Below, in pieces: positions 35,971-49,999 of a stretch of 64,000 bases of DNA (position 1 is the stretch's first letter; each line of letters opens with the position of its first letter). The DNA lies in assembly GCA_965248845.1 (NCBI GenBank), contig CBDFKO010000002.1, positions 1,820,564 through 1,884,563 of the forward strand, written 5' to 3'. Both the position numbers and the translations under genes were made by a program. The notes beneath the pieces were generated by a model. That model ran no database searches and was not told where the DNA came from. It saw only the letters and a list, made by a program, of their open reading frames with translations. The stretch is from Acidobacteriota bacterium. Lineage in GTDB: Bacteria; Acidobacteriota; UBA890; WLXD01.

Positions 35971-36375
35971 CTACTCGCCGCGCCAGGTACTCAATGGCCG
36001 CACGGTGGCGATCAGGTCGAAATCACGGTCATCGTGCAGAAGGGTGGCATCCGCATCCATCGTTTGCTGAGCGATCAGGCAGTCGCTCGGCGCCCGGACC
36101 GTGACGCCCTGCCTGCGGCAATCGAAGTGGATGCGAGCGGCGCTGCGATGCTGCTCGAGGTCGGCGTTGCCGGGGAGGAGTCGCTGTACGGCGAGATATT
36201 GCTCGAGCTGATCCCATTCGTGCTCGTCGCGGGCGCCGTGCAGTAACTCCTGGCAGCAGAGAAGCGGAATCGCGTACGGAGCTCCGGACTTCTCGAGCCA
36301 AGCCAGCCGCTCGGCGACCGCGGTCGGGTTGCCCCGCAGGTAGTCGACGAGTACCGACGTGTCGACGATGATCAA
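35971..36375 (-). CDS. vapC: type II toxin VapC (PIN domain), second copy
   Basis: LIIVDTSVLVDYL...CCQELLHGAR...SDCLIAQQ...LHDDRDF carries the PIN acidic tetrad. A TTG start overlaps the antitoxin stop. Confidence 0.65.
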   Translation of the reverse strand: MIIVDTSVLVDYLRGNPTAVAERLAWLEKSGAPYAIPLLCCQELLHGARDEHEWDQLEQYLAVQRLLPGNADLEQHRSAARIHFDCRRQGVTVRAPSDCLIAQQTMDADATLLHDDRDFDLIATVRPLSTWRGE

Positions 36376-36578
36376 TCCCGAGCCCGATCCGCCTTGTAGT
36401 CCCAGTCCGGAGCGAACTTGATCTTGCCGCGCAGGTCGGACAGCGGTAGCCGCTGGCGCCGGCGCTCTGCGATCAGCATGCGCAAGGCTTCGTGCACCAT
36501 GCCCTTCTTTGTCGTGATACCCGTGAGAAGCTGCGCCTCGCGTACGAGTTCTTCGTCGAGATCGATGTTGGTGCGCAT
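36372..36578 (-). CDS. vapB: type II antitoxin VapB-like
   Basis: MRTNIDLDEELVREAQLLTGITTKKGMVHEALRMLI matches the VapB-type antitoxin N-terminus. Immediately 5' of the PIN toxin. Confidence 0.6.
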   Translation of the reverse strand: MRTNIDLDEELVREAQLLTGITTKKGMVHEALRMLIAERRRQRLPLSDLRGKIKFAPDWDYKADRARD

Positions 36579-36735
36579 ACACATGAGTATACACATCGCC
36601 TCCGGGCCGTGGGCAGGTTACTCGCAGAGCGGTCGGCTCACAGATAGGTGACGGGCGGCGCGCCGCGGTTTCCGGGCAGGTCGAGCGTGGTGAGGAACCG
36701 GGCACAGGCGCGCTCGCGAGCGGAACGACGCGGGT

Positions 36736-38304
36736 CTACAGCGACGCGAAGCGGAAGACGAAGTCGACGTAGCCCTTCTCGATCTCGTCGAGCGACGCGA
36801 TGCCACCTTCGCCCTCGACGACGTAGTACTCGTCGAAGGTGTGCTGGTTGGCCCCGTGGCCCATGCCGCCGAGCACCATCGGCAACGACAACGGCTCGCG
36901 CGTATAAAGGTAGAACGGGGCGCTGCCCGCGAGGTGGGGCCAGACCTGGGGCTCGATGCCGCTGTCACGGAACATTTCGCGCAGCGCCTGCGCGATCGGG
37001 TCACGCGGTGAGGTCTTGGACCACTCGTAGGCCGACACGGGGCGCACCTCCACGTCATCGTAGCCGCGGGCGTCGAGGTGAGCTCGAGCCAGTGGCACGA
37101 TGTCCGCCGAGCGCTGGTTCGGAACGATGCGTGAGTCGACCTTGGCGGTGGCTTCGCTCGGGAGGATGGTCGCGAAGCCATCGCCCGTGTAGCCCGACCA
37201 CAGGCCGTCGATGTTCCAGGTGGTCGTGTAGAGGTAGCGTTCGATTACGGCGCGGCCCGTCAGGTCGTCGACGAAGGCGCCGGCCTCGAGCGCTTGCTGG
37301 AAAGCCTCCGCGTCGAACTGCTCCTCGATCGCGTCGATGAGCTCGCGGTCGTCCGCCGACGGGCCGATCACTGCGCCGAGATAGCCATCGATGGTGACGC
37401 GAGATCCGTTGTCGCGGCTCATGGTGGCCAGCGCCTCGATCAATCGCCAGGTCGGCGACTCGACGACCGCGGCGTTGGAACCGTGGATGTTGCGGATCTG
37501 CGGGCCACGCCCCCAGCTCGCGCCGGAGCTGTGGATCTCCATCGAGACGATGCCCTTGTTGCCGAGGTACATCGAGACGGAGCCGTCCCGGCCTTGCAGG
37601 GGGAAGGCGAAGTACATCCCGTCGGCGTCGGCCAGCCGGTCGGTCTCGCGCTCCAGTGCCTGCGGCAGATGGGCGCTGCCGAGCTCCTCCTCGCCCTCGA
37701 TGGTGAAGATCATGTTGACGGGCAGCGACCCGCGAGCCTGGACGATGGCCTCGAGTGCGTTGAGGTAGGCCCGCAGCGGCCCCTTGGTGTTGACCGCGCC
37801 GCGTGCCAGGATCGCCTTGCCGAGGCCGGGCAGGTCGACGAGCCTGGCCTCGCGCGGGTCATCCATCCAGCGCTCGGGGTTGTTGATGGGTTGCGTGTCG
37901 TACATGCCGTAGTTCACCAGTGTCTTGGCTGCCCCGGCGTCGTATAGCCCCCAGACCACGGGGTGGCCCTCGGTCTCGATCAGTCCAGCCTCCTGGCAGC
38001 CGAGGCGTCGCAGGTACTCGACCGTCAGCTCGGCGCAGTCGCGCACGCCGATGTTCTGCGCCGAGATGCTCGGCTGGCGCAGGTACTCTTGGATGGTCTC
38101 CAGGTCGCCGGCGGCGCGCCCGTCGATCGCGGCGTAGATGTCGGACAGCTCGCCCTGGAATCGCGGGCGGGAGGTCGGCGCGGCAGTGGGGAAGGCGCGC
38201 CGCAGCGACGAGGGCAGCGTCATCCCGCCGATCCCCGCCACGCCCGCGGCCCCGGCACCGAGCATGGTGTGGCCCGACAGGTCGAGGAAGCGGCGTCGGT
38301 TCAT
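36736..38304 (-). CDS. M20-family dipeptidase (Tat signal)
   Basis: MNRRRFLDLSG...AGAAGVAG Tat-like N-terminus. M20 catalytic and dimerisation-domain pattern. 21 nt downstream of ileS on the same strand. Confidence 0.7.
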   Translation of the reverse strand: MNRRRFLDLSGHTMLGAGAAGVAGIGGMTLPSSLRRAFPTAAPTSRPRFQGELSDIYAAIDGRAAGDLETIQEYLRQPSISAQNIGVRDCAELTVEYLRRLGCQEAGLIETEGHPVVWGLYDAGAAKTLVNYGMYDTQPINNPERWMDDPREARLVDLPGLGKAILARGAVNTKGPLRAYLNALEAIVQARGSLPVNMIFTIEGEEELGSAHLPQALERETDRLADADGMYFAFPLQGRDGSVSMYLGNKGIVSMEIHSSGASWGRGPQIRNIHGSNAAVVESPTWRLIEALATMSRDNGSRVTIDGYLGAVIGPSADDRELIDAIEEQFDAEAFQQALEAGAFVDDLTGRAVIERYLYTTTWNIDGLWSGYTGDGFATILPSEATAKVDSRIVPNQRSADIVPLARAHLDARGYDDVEVRPVSAYEWSKTSPRDPIAQALREMFRDSGIEPQVWPHLAGSAPFYLYTREPLSLPMVLGGMGHGANQHTFDEYYVVEGEGGIASLDEIEKGYVDFVFRFASL

Positions 38305-38324
38305 GAGAGTTGCACCACGGCCTG

Positions 38325-41483
<3,159 letters not shown>

Positions 41484-41504
41484 GGCGGGCTCCTAGAGGC
41501 CGCC

Positions 41505-41667
41505 TTACTTCTCTTCCTTGTACGTGACGTGCTTGCGCACGACGGGATCGTACTTCTTGAGCTCGAGCCGACCCGGGGTGTTCCGCTTGTTCTTGACGGT
41601 GTAGTAGCGATGCGGGCTCTCGGAGCTTCTCAGCTTCACCTGCACGCGGCTGCCGGCCTTGGCCATG
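41505..41667 (-). CDS. rpmG: 50S ribosomal protein L33 (Cys-less form)
   Basis: [53 protein letters not shown], not in the ORF track because it is under 60 aa. Coordinates are approximate to within 1 nt. Confidence 0.75.
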
Positions 41668-41810
41668 GTCGTCGCCTTTCGGGTGTTCCAGAGTCTCGGT
41701 GCTGCGCGCGGACCAGGACCGCCACGCGAAATCAGGGAGCCAACGCGTCGGAGCGATCACGCAAGCGAGCGAACATTGTACAACGGCGGCGGTCCCGACG
41801 ATGGCCGCGG

Positions 41811-42065
41811 TCAGGCTTCGCCGGCAGCCTCCGCGACGACCTCACCGGGGTCTTCCGGTTCCTCACTCGTGTCGGGTGGGCGCGTGAGATCGCAGTCGCG
41901 GCAGCGCCAGCCCTTCTCGGGGTCCTCGTCGAAGCTACCGTGCTTGCAGATGGCCTGCAGATCGAGGATCTGCTGCTCCAACACCGACCTCGCCTGGCCA
42001 TCCTCCGTTTTTTGGACCGCCTGCTGCAGGCGGAAACGGGCTTCGCGCAGCTCGAGTGGATGCAT
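41811..42065 (-). CDS. hypothetical small acidic protein with CxH...CxxC zinc-ribbon-like motif
   Basis: ICKHGSFDEDPEKGWRCRDCDL. Tightly packed between the Trm112-like gene and rpmG on the same strand. No family recognised. Confidence 0.35.
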   Translation of the reverse strand: MHPLELREARFRLQQAVQKTEDGQARSVLEQQILDLQAICKHGSFDEDPEKGWRCRDCDLTRPPDTSEEPEDPGEVVAEAAGEA

Positions 42066-42073
42066 CGGTTCCC

Positions 42074-42319
42074 CTACAGCGGGATGGCCTCGTCGATCAG
42101 CATGATCGGGATGTCATCGCGGATCGGATACAGGAAGCCGCCGTCCTCGCGGATCAGCCCCGCGGCGACCTCCTCGGTGACGACCGTGCCACCACGATTG
42201 CTCACCGCCCCGGCACGAATTCGCTGGTTCAGGGCTCCCAGCTCGGAGCTGTTGGCGAGACGCACGGGCGTCTTGTCCTCCGGACAGGCGAGGATTTCTA
42301 GCAGTTCCTGGTCGATCAT
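42074..42319 (-). CDS. Trm112-family (YcaR/DUF343) protein
   Basis: LLEILACPEDKTPV...FLYPIRDDIPIMLIDEAIPL matches the Trm112 zinc-ribbon-like pattern. Confidence 0.65.
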   Translation of the reverse strand: MIDQELLEILACPEDKTPVRLANSSELGALNQRIRAGAVSNRGGTVVTEEVAAGLIREDGGFLYPIRDDIPIMLIDEAIPL

Positions 42320-42472
42320 GGCGCTCCTCCTGATGGCGGCAGCAAAGCTACCACGGCGTCCAGCACGCCGTAGCTAAGACGCTCATGGTTCGCGCGGCGG
42401 CGCCGCTCTCGACGAACCGACGTGACACAGTAGGAGGACCGGACGGAGCCACGCGACGAAGGGATCTCTGGA

Positions 42473-42937
42473 ATGCAGCGAAACGGTGCCCACGACCTAG
42501 CCATGCTGGTGATCCGGCTATCCGGCCTCTACCTCGCCTTCGGGCACGGCTGGAGCAAGATCGTCCGGCTGGCGACGGGTGAAGGTGCCGGGATTGTGAG
42601 CATGGCCGACAACCTCGGGTTCCCGCTCCCGATCGTCTTCGCCTGGGCCCTGGCCCTGGCCGAGTTCGGGGGCGGTATTTGCGTCGCCCTGGGCTTCGGA
42701 ACCCGAGTCGCGGCCAGCTTCGCAGCGGTCGCCATGTTCGTCGCGGCCTTCCGGCGCCATCGGGCGATCATGCAGCTGCTGACCTGGATCGGTCTCGCCA
42801 ATCCGACCGATGAGGAGCTGCGGGCCGCGGGCGATCCCGAACGTGCCATCCTCTACCTGCTCGCCCTCCTGGTGGTGCTGATCGCGGGGCCCGGTCGCTA
42901 TTCGGTCGATGCCAGGCTGGCCGCCCGGCGCCGCTGA
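42473..42937 (+). CDS. DoxX-family membrane protein
   Basis: LAMLVIRLSGLYLAFGHGWSKI...LAEFGGGICVALGFGTRVAASFAAVAMFVAAF is the DoxX helix pattern. Confidence 0.65.
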   Translation: MQRNGAHDLAMLVIRLSGLYLAFGHGWSKIVRLATGEGAGIVSMADNLGFPLPIVFAWALALAEFGGGICVALGFGTRVAASFAAVAMFVAAFRRHRAIMQLLTWIGLANPTDEELRAAGDPERAILYLLALLVVLIAGPGRYSVDARLAARRR

Positions 42938-43060
42938 GAGCGCCCGCGCCCGCACTCTCGAGACGAGCGCCCGGCGATCCGACCGGGGTATGATGTCGGG
43001 GCGGTGCTCGCCGCGCTCCTCCCCGCGTCTCGTCCGACCTCCGATGCGTGATTCAAGCCC

Positions 43061-45231
43061 ATGAGCAGACTGCGTGAGCGTTCCTCGTTCGTTGCCCTGA
43101 CCGCTGCCGCGGTGCTTGCCAGCAGCGTGCTGGCGCAGCAACCTCCACAGTTCCGCACCACGGTCGCGTTGGTGCAGCTGCAAGTGAACGTCGAGGCGGA
43201 GGACGGCAGCTTCGTCACCGGACTCGGCGTCGACGATTTCATCATCGAGGTCGACGGCGAGGAGCGTCCGGCCCGCGTCGTTTATGAGGTCGATCTGCGC
43301 CGCGACCAGGGCGCTGGAGTGGCCCGCGTCGATGGTGTGGCGCAGCCGCGAGCCAGCGAGGCGCCTCGCCCGGTAGCCGCGCGGCGGCACTGGCTGCTGA
43401 CCTTCGACTTCAGTTTCACGACGCGCCGCGGCGTCATCGAGGCTCGCCGTGCAGCGCTCGAGTTCATCGACAACCAGGTGCACCCTGACGATCTGCTCGC
43501 CGTCGCCACGGTCAATCGTTACGGTGTCAATCTGCTGACCCCGTTTACCGGCAACCACGGTCAGGCGCTCGAGGCCGTGCAGAGTCTGGGGTTGTTCAGC
43601 GCCAGCGACATGATCACCGGTGGCGTCGACGCCGAGGAGTCGATCGGGCAGGCGCTCGCCGAGATGGCGGCCGGTGCCGCGGGGACCGACGGCGGCACCG
43701 GAGCGGCACTCGACTCGACCGAGTTTCGCAGCTACGTCGCCGAGGTAGCCAACTACACCGAGCAGATGCAGGAGTTCGGGCACATGCTCCAGGCCATCGA
43801 GGGGCGCAAACACGTGGTTCTGTTCTCGCGCGGCTTCGACGATCGCGCCGTTACCGGACAGAGTCTCGGGAAACTGGCGGCTGGCGCCGAGGCCCGCGCG
43901 ACCAGCCCCGAGGCCTATGCCAACGACCCGGAGCAGATGTACGGAGCCGCCGAGGTGCGCGATGGCCTCGGCGAGATGATCGAGGTCTTCCGCGGAGCGG
44001 ATGCCGTCATTCACGCCATCGACCCATCGGGTTTGCGTGACTCCGGGGTGCACGACGCGGGTCGCATGCAAAGCTCGGTAGCGGGCAGCAACCCCGCCGC
44101 GGGGGCGACATCATGCCAACCTCGGCGCGCACCGGGCACCAGTCGCAGGCGGCGATGTCGGACGGCACCGGCGGAACGGTGAACTGGTCCGGGAACGATC
44201 TGGGCGTGGCTCTGGCACGGATCGAGGAGTCGACTGCGACCTTCTACATGATCGCCTACCGCAAGGCGGCCGACGATCCGGCGACCGTGGACGTGCGCGT
44301 CCGGGTAACCCGGCCGCGCGTGCGTGTCGTGTCGGCCCCGACCCGGCTCACGCCGCCGCCCGACTACCGCGAGATGAACGCGATGCAGCGGTCGATCCAG
44401 GTAGCCGAGTACCTGAACGATGACATCGAACGTCGGGAGATCGCCTTCGACACGCAGGTCGTGGCGTTCCCCGGCAATGCGGAGACATCCCGCCTGGCGA
44501 TGTTCCTCGAGGTCTCCGGGCTCGAGCTCGATCGCCTCGCCCAGCTGCGTGGTGACGATCAGGTGCAGCTCGAGGTCGGCGGGTTCGCGCTGGCCGACGA
44601 CGGCGTGATCCTCGACTCGTTTCGCCAGCGCGTGACGATCGATGTAGGCAAGATGCGGGAGCGCGGCTCGATGGCAACGCAGAGTTTCCGGTTCAGCGAG
44701 TACGTCGATACCCCGCCGGGACAGCACCGGCTGCGGCTGCTGCTGCGGGAGTCGGAGATCGGCCAGCTCTCGAGCCGCACGCAGCGCTACTACTCGCCCG
44801 GTCCGGTGGAGCGGCTTACCGTGGCCCGTCCGATGGTGCTTTCGGGGCTCGAGGCGACAGTCCACGACGACGGCGGGTTCGATCCTCTGAGCCTCGGCGG
44901 CGTCCGACAGCTGCCGGTGGCCTCGCCGACGCTGGTGCCAGGTCGGCTGTTCACGCTTCTGGTGGTCGTTTACCGGTTGCCACGCGATCCCCAGACCGGC
45001 GAGTTCCTCGCAGGCCTGATGCTCGAGGCCGAGGACGTCGAGGGCGATCCGTACCGGCTGCGTGACTTCACGATCCTGGGCAGCGCCGTCGACGAGGCGA
45101 GCGACGCCACCCAGCTGCTGGTGGAGGCCCGGCTGCCGGGCCACATGCGGCCCGGGAGCGGCAGGCTGTGGGCTCGCCTCGTGGATCGGCGACCGGCGAT
45201 CGTGTCGAGGAGCAGACTGCCATCTTCGTAA
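43061..45231 (+). pseudogene. secreted VWFA-related protein of the acidobacterial type (TIGR03436-like), paralog 1, with a frame-disrupting insertion around 44040..44140
   Basis: Signal peptide, then QQPPQFRTTVALVQLQVNVEAEDGSFVTGLGVDDFIIEVDGEERPARVV... and HVVLFSRGFDD...AIDPSGLR. Continues in another frame (GTGGTVNWSGNDLGVALARIEESTATFYMIAYRKAADDP...) after a 45-codon region where paralog 2 has 21. Confidence 0.6.
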
Positions 45232-45244
45232 GCCTGCAGTGACG

Positions 45245-47330
45245 TCACCCCGGTCGCTCGGCCTTCTGCTCGCCGGGATTGCTCTCATGATGCTCGCGGG
45301 CCCGGGACTCGCGCAGGAGCGGCCACAGTTCCGCGCCATGGTCGAGCTCGTACAGCTCCAGGTCGGTGTGGCCGATGCCCGCGGCTTCTTCGTGACGAGC
45401 CTGACCGCCGACGACTTCCAGGTGCGGGTGAACGGCGAGCTGCGGCCGGCCCAGATTGCCTACGAGATCGACCTGCGTCGTGGCCGCGCCGCCGACAGTG
45501 CCGTGGCGGCGGCGGCCGACAGGGGCGAGAACGTGCGGCCGGTGGCGGCGCGGCGCCACTTCCTGCTCATGTTCGACTTCAGCTTCACCAGCCGGCGCGG
45601 TGTGCTCGAGGCGCGCCGTGCGGCGCTGAGGTTCGTGCAGGAGCAGGTGCACCCGGAGGACCTGCTCGGGGTCGCTACCACCAATCGGTACGGCATCTTC
45701 CTGCTGGCGCCCTTTACCAGCGATCACCGGCAAGCCCTGGCTGCTGTGGAGACACTCGGCCTGCGCGACGCCAGCGACATGGTCGGCCAGGGGCTCGATG
45801 CCGAGGACTCGATCTCCGAGGCGATCGCCGAGTTGCAGGCGGCGGCTGGAGGTGCCGGCGGGCTCGAGGCGCTGCCGGCCATAAGCTTCCGCGAGTACGT
45901 CGCCAACGTCTCGAACTTCACCGACCAGCTGCAGGACTTCGGCGAGATGTTGCAGGCGATCGAGGGTCGCAAGCACGTCGTGTTTTTCTCGCGCGGCTTC
46001 GAGGACGTGGCACTGACCGGGGTCGGACTCGATGCCCTCTCGGCCGGTGCCGAGGCCCGCGCCGTGGATCCGACGGCTGTTGCCTCGGCGGATCCGGAGA
46101 TGATGTACGGAGCTGCCGAAATCCGGGACAGCATCGACGCTGCGATCGAGATGTTCCGCAGCGCCGACGCCGTGATCCATGCAATCGACCCATCGGGGCT
46201 GCGATCGAGCAGCCCCGGCCGGCAGGCTCTGGTGGCGCTGGCCGATGGTACCGGCGGCACCATGAACTGGAATACGAACGATATCGGGGTGGCCCTGGCC
46301 GAGATCGAGGACGCGACATCCCAGTACTACATGATCGCCTACCGCAAGGCCCCGGACGATCCGCCCACCGTGGAGGTCGAGGTCGAGGTGTCCCGCAGCG
46401 GGGTGCGTGTGGTCTCCGCTCCAACACGCCTGACACCGCCGCCGGCCTACGCCGACATGAACGAGACCCAGCGCCAGCTGCAGCTGGCCGAGTTCTTCAA
46501 CGACGATGTCGAGCGCAGCGATATTGACTTCGACTCGCAGGTGGTGACCTTCCCGGGGAGTGGCAGCAGCGGTGCCGCCGTGATCCTCGAGGTCCCGGGT
46601 GTCGAGCTAGAACGGTTGGCGGCGGCGCGCGGCGGGGGCGTTATCGATCTCGAGATCGGCCTGTTCGCCATCGACGCGAAGGGAGCTGTCCGCGACACTG
46701 TTCGACGCGGTGTACGGATCGACGTTGCGGGCATGGCCGAGCGTGGGCCCGTGTACGAGCAGAGCTTCCTGTTCAACGACCTGCTCGAGGTGCCGGCGGG
46801 GTCGGGGAGTGTGAAGTTGCTGCTGCGCGAGCAGCAGGTGGGCCGCATGAGCAGCCGGACGCAACGTTATTGGGCCCCCGGTTCCGAACCGACCATGCGG
46901 GTGATCCGCCCGCTGATCCTGGTTTGCTCCGGAGACCCGGCTCCTCCGCGCGACGGAGAGGCGTTCGATCCCATGATGTTCGGGCGGGAGCGCTTGCTGG
47001 TGCGCGCCCGTCCGGTGCTGGCCCCGGGGGAGGAGTTCGAGGTGCTCGTGGTGGCCTTCCATGTGCCCCGGCATCCGGTGACCGGTGAGGTACGAGCCGG
47101 CATCGTACTGGAGGCCGAGGATGCGGAGGGGGAGCCCTACCGTCTGGGCGACTTCGACGTCATCGCCACACGCTACGACGAGGGCGAGGACGCAGACGCA
47201 ACTGTTGCTGCGGGCCCGCATCCCGGAGTCGCTGCCGGGAGGTACCATCCGACTCTGGGCTCGGCTGATGGACGCCGTGACCGGCGACCGGGTCGAAGAG
47301 CAAACGTCGGTGGTCATCCGCTCGCGTTGA
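45245..47330 (+). CDS. secreted VWFA-related protein of the acidobacterial type, paralog 2 (GTG start; one frameshift near 47200)
   Basis: Collinear with paralog 1 (ERPQFRAMVELVQLQVGVADARGFFVTSLTADDFQVRVNGELRPAQIAY...). C-terminal 40 codons continue in the +1 frame (TQLLLRARIPESLPGGTIRLWARLMDAV...), matching paralog 1's end. Confidence 0.6.
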
Positions 47331-47357
47331 GCGGCCGCCGGCCTGCTGGACAGGGCC

Positions 47358-47849
47358 ATGAACCATCCTCAGGCGACCCTGCAGGACTGCGGGTACATCC
47401 AGCGCTGCTACGAGCTAGCCGAGGCCGCCGTGGCGCGGGGCAATCATCCGTTCGGCGCGCTCCTCGTGAGCGGGCCTCGGGTGATCTTGGAGGCGGAGAA
47501 CAGCGTTACCAGTGACGGTGACGCTACACGCCACGCCGAGATGGTCCTGATCAGCCGCGCCTGGCAGCTTCTCGACCAGGCGACGCGGGCGACCTGCACG
47601 CTCTACGCCAGCACCGAGCCCTGCTTGATGTGCTCCGGGGCGATCCTGTGGGCCGGGCTTCGCAAAGTGGTCTTCGGTGTCGGCGCGCGTCGTATGAGCG
47701 ATGCCATCAAGCAGCGCTATGAGGGAATCCCGCTGACCGAGCTGGCGCAGTTGGCCGGCTGGGAGATGCAGGTCGTCGGCCCGGTGATGCAGGACGACGG
47801 ACTGCAGATCCACACCGCCTTCTGGCCCGCCGCGCCGGGACAAGACTGA
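47358..47849 (+). CDS. nucleoside/nucleotide deaminase (CDA-fold, TadA/guanine-deaminase-like)
   Basis: HAEMVLI ... PCLMCSGAI zinc-binding motifs. Confidence 0.75.
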   Translation: MNHPQATLQDCGYIQRCYELAEAAVARGNHPFGALLVSGPRVILEAENSVTSDGDATRHAEMVLISRAWQLLDQATRATCTLYASTEPCLMCSGAILWAGLRKVVFGVGARRMSDAIKQRYEGIPLTELAQLAGWEMQVVGPVMQDDGLQIHTAFWPAAPGQD

Positions 47850-47873
47850 GCCCGCGACGATACGGGGGGAATC

Positions 47874-49250
47874 GTGGAGCGACCGAACGATAGCCAAGGG
47901 TCAGATCATTGGGGCGAGCGCCTGCCACGACGTCTGGGGCTTGCCAGCGCCGTCGCCGTCATCGTCGGCACGACGATCGGCAGCGGCATCTTCCGCACCC
48001 CTGCGGTGGTGGCAGAGCGGTTGCCTGGCGAGGCCGTCTTCTTCGCCTGCTGGGTCGTCGGGGGTCTGCTGGCGCTGGCCGGTGCGCTGACGTTTGCCGA
48101 GCTGAGCGCGATGTTCCCTCGTTCCGGCGGGGTCTACGTCTTCGTTCGCGAGGCCTTCGGCCGGCAGCCCGCCTTCCTGTTCGGATGGACCTCGCTGCTG
48201 GTGATCCGGCCGGCCTCCTACGCCGCGATCGCTACCGTCTGCTCTGAGTACCTGTGGCGCCTCGTGGGGGGCGATGGCGGCCGTACGCTGGCCTGGTTGC
48301 CCACGACCCCGATCCAGCTCACCGCCGCCGTGCTGATCCTGCTCGTGGCGAGCGTCAACTATCGCGGCGTCCATCTCGGCTCCATCGTCCAGAACGTCAG
48401 CACGATTCTCAAGGTCGCGGCGTTACTGTTTCTCGTGGCCATCGGGCTGGCGCTGGCGCCGGAGGCCCGGGCCGGGGAGGCGGCGTCTGCCGCGAGCGTG
48501 GCACCTTTCGCACTCTCTGCCTTCGGGCTGGCGCTGGTTTCGGTGCTGTGGGCCTACGACGGCTTTGCCGATCTGGCCTACGCGGCCGGCGAGGTGCGCA
48601 ATCCGACGCGAAATCTGCCACGCGCCATCATCTTCGGCTCGCTGTCGATTCTCGTGATCTACCTGGCGGTGAACTGGGTTTACGTGCGCGTACTGCCACC
48701 GCCGATCATGGCCGCCAGCCCGCTGGTTGCCGACGAGGTGGCGCGGGCTCTGATGGGGCACGCCGGCCAGGTCTTCGTCACGGTCGCCGTCGTCATCAGC
48801 ACTTTCGGCGCCATCAACGGCATCTGCATGACTGGCCCGCGCATCTTCTACGCCATGGCTGAGGACGGGCTCTTCTTCCGCGGGCTGGGACAGGTCCATC
48901 CGCGCTTCGAGACCCCGGCGCGATCCATCGCCATGATGGCCGCGCTGGCCATGATCTACGTCTCGGTACGCACCTTCGCGCAGTTGGCCGACCAGTTCAT
49001 CATCGGCATCTGGCCGTTCTACGTGCTCTGCGTCGCGGGCCTGTTTCTGCTGCGCAGGACGCGCCCCGATGCAGAGCGTCCCTACCGGACGTGGGGCTAT
49101 CCGATCGTCCCTGGCCTTTTCCTGCTGGCCTCGCTCTACCTGCTGGCCAACTACCTGGTCTCGGAGCCGTTGTTGGTCGGGGTCAACATCGCCGTGGTGA
49201 TTTCCGGCGTGCCCGTCTATCGGCGCTGGCTACGTCGGCCGGATCGCTAG
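47874..49250 (+). CDS. APC-superfamily amino acid permease
   Basis: 12-TM pattern with GTTIGSGIF and FAELSAMFPRSGGVYVFVREAFG signature. Confidence 0.8.
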   Translation: MERPNDSQGSDHWGERLPRRLGLASAVAVIVGTTIGSGIFRTPAVVAERLPGEAVFFACWVVGGLLALAGALTFAELSAMFPRSGGVYVFVREAFGRQPAFLFGWTSLLVIRPASYAAIATVCSEYLWRLVGGDGGRTLAWLPTTPIQLTAAVLILLVASVNYRGVHLGSIVQNVSTILKVAALLFLVAIGLALAPEARAGEAASAASVAPFALSAFGLALVSVLWAYDGFADLAYAAGEVRNPTRNLPRAIIFGSLSILVIYLAVNWVYVRVLPPPIMAASPLVADEVARALMGHAGQVFVTVAVVISTFGAINGICMTGPRIFYAMAEDGLFFRGLGQVHPRFETPARSIAMMAALAMIYVSVRTFAQLADQFIIGIWPFYVLCVAGLFLLRRTRPDAERPYRTWGYPIVPGLFLLASLYLLANYLVSEPLLVGVNIAVVISGVPVYRRWLRRPDR

Positions 49251-49999
49251 CCCTGGCTCGGCCCCGAGCCGTAGCGGCGTCGCAGGTGCACCGGCTCGCG
49301 CTTCAGCTTCATGCGCAGGTTCAGCATCTCGACGAAGACCGAGAAGCCCATGGCGAAGTAGATGTAGCCCTTCGGGATGTGCTGCCCGAACCCGTCGGCC
49401 ACCAGCGACATGCCGATCAACAGCAGGAACGACAGCGCCAGCATCTTCACGGTCGGATGGCGCTCCACGAAGTCCGACAAAGCCCTCGACGAGACCATCA
49501 TCACCCCTACGGCGATCACCACGGCCGCTACCATCACGCCAATCCTGTCCGCCATGCCGACCGCCGTGATCACCGAGTCGAGCGAGAAGACGATGTCGAG
49601 CACCATGATCTGGACGATGACGGCGGCGAAGGTGGCCGGCGCCTTGGCCTCTGCGCGCCCCTCATCGCCCTCGAGCCCGTCGTGAATCTCCCGGGTGGCC
49701 TTGGTCAGCAGGAACAGGCCGCCACTCAACAGGATCAGGTCACGCCCCGTGAACTCGTGGCCGATGAGCTCGAGCAGCGGGGTTGTCAACCGCATCATCC
49801 AGTTGATCGCGAACAGCAACATGACCCGCATGAGCATGGCGGCGCCCAGCCCGACGGTCCGCGCCCTGCCACGCTGCTCCGGGGGCAACTTGCCGGCCAG
49901 GATGGCGATGAAGATGACGTTGTCAACGCCCAGGACGATCTCGAGCACCGTCAACGTGACCAGCGCGATCCAGATGTTCGGGTCGGTCAACCACTCCAT
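49247..49999 (-). CDS. TerC-family membrane protein
   Basis: LEIVLGVDNVIFIAILAGKLP ... LDIVFSLDSVITAVGMA duplicated TerC motifs. GAGGAG RBS before the ATG at 49997..49999. Confidence 0.8.
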   Translation of the reverse strand: MEWLTDPNIWIALVTLTVLEIVLGVDNVIFIAILAGKLPPEQRGRARTVGLGAAMLMRVMLLFAINWMMRLTTPLLELIGHEFTGRDLILLSGGLFLLTKATREIHDGLEGDEGRAEAKAPATFAAVIVQIMVLDIVFSLDSVITAVGMADRIGVMVAAVVIAVGVMMVSSRALSDFVERHPTVKMLALSFLLLIGMSLVADGFGQHIPKGYIYFAMGFSVFVEMLNLRMKLKREPVHLRRRYGSGPSQG

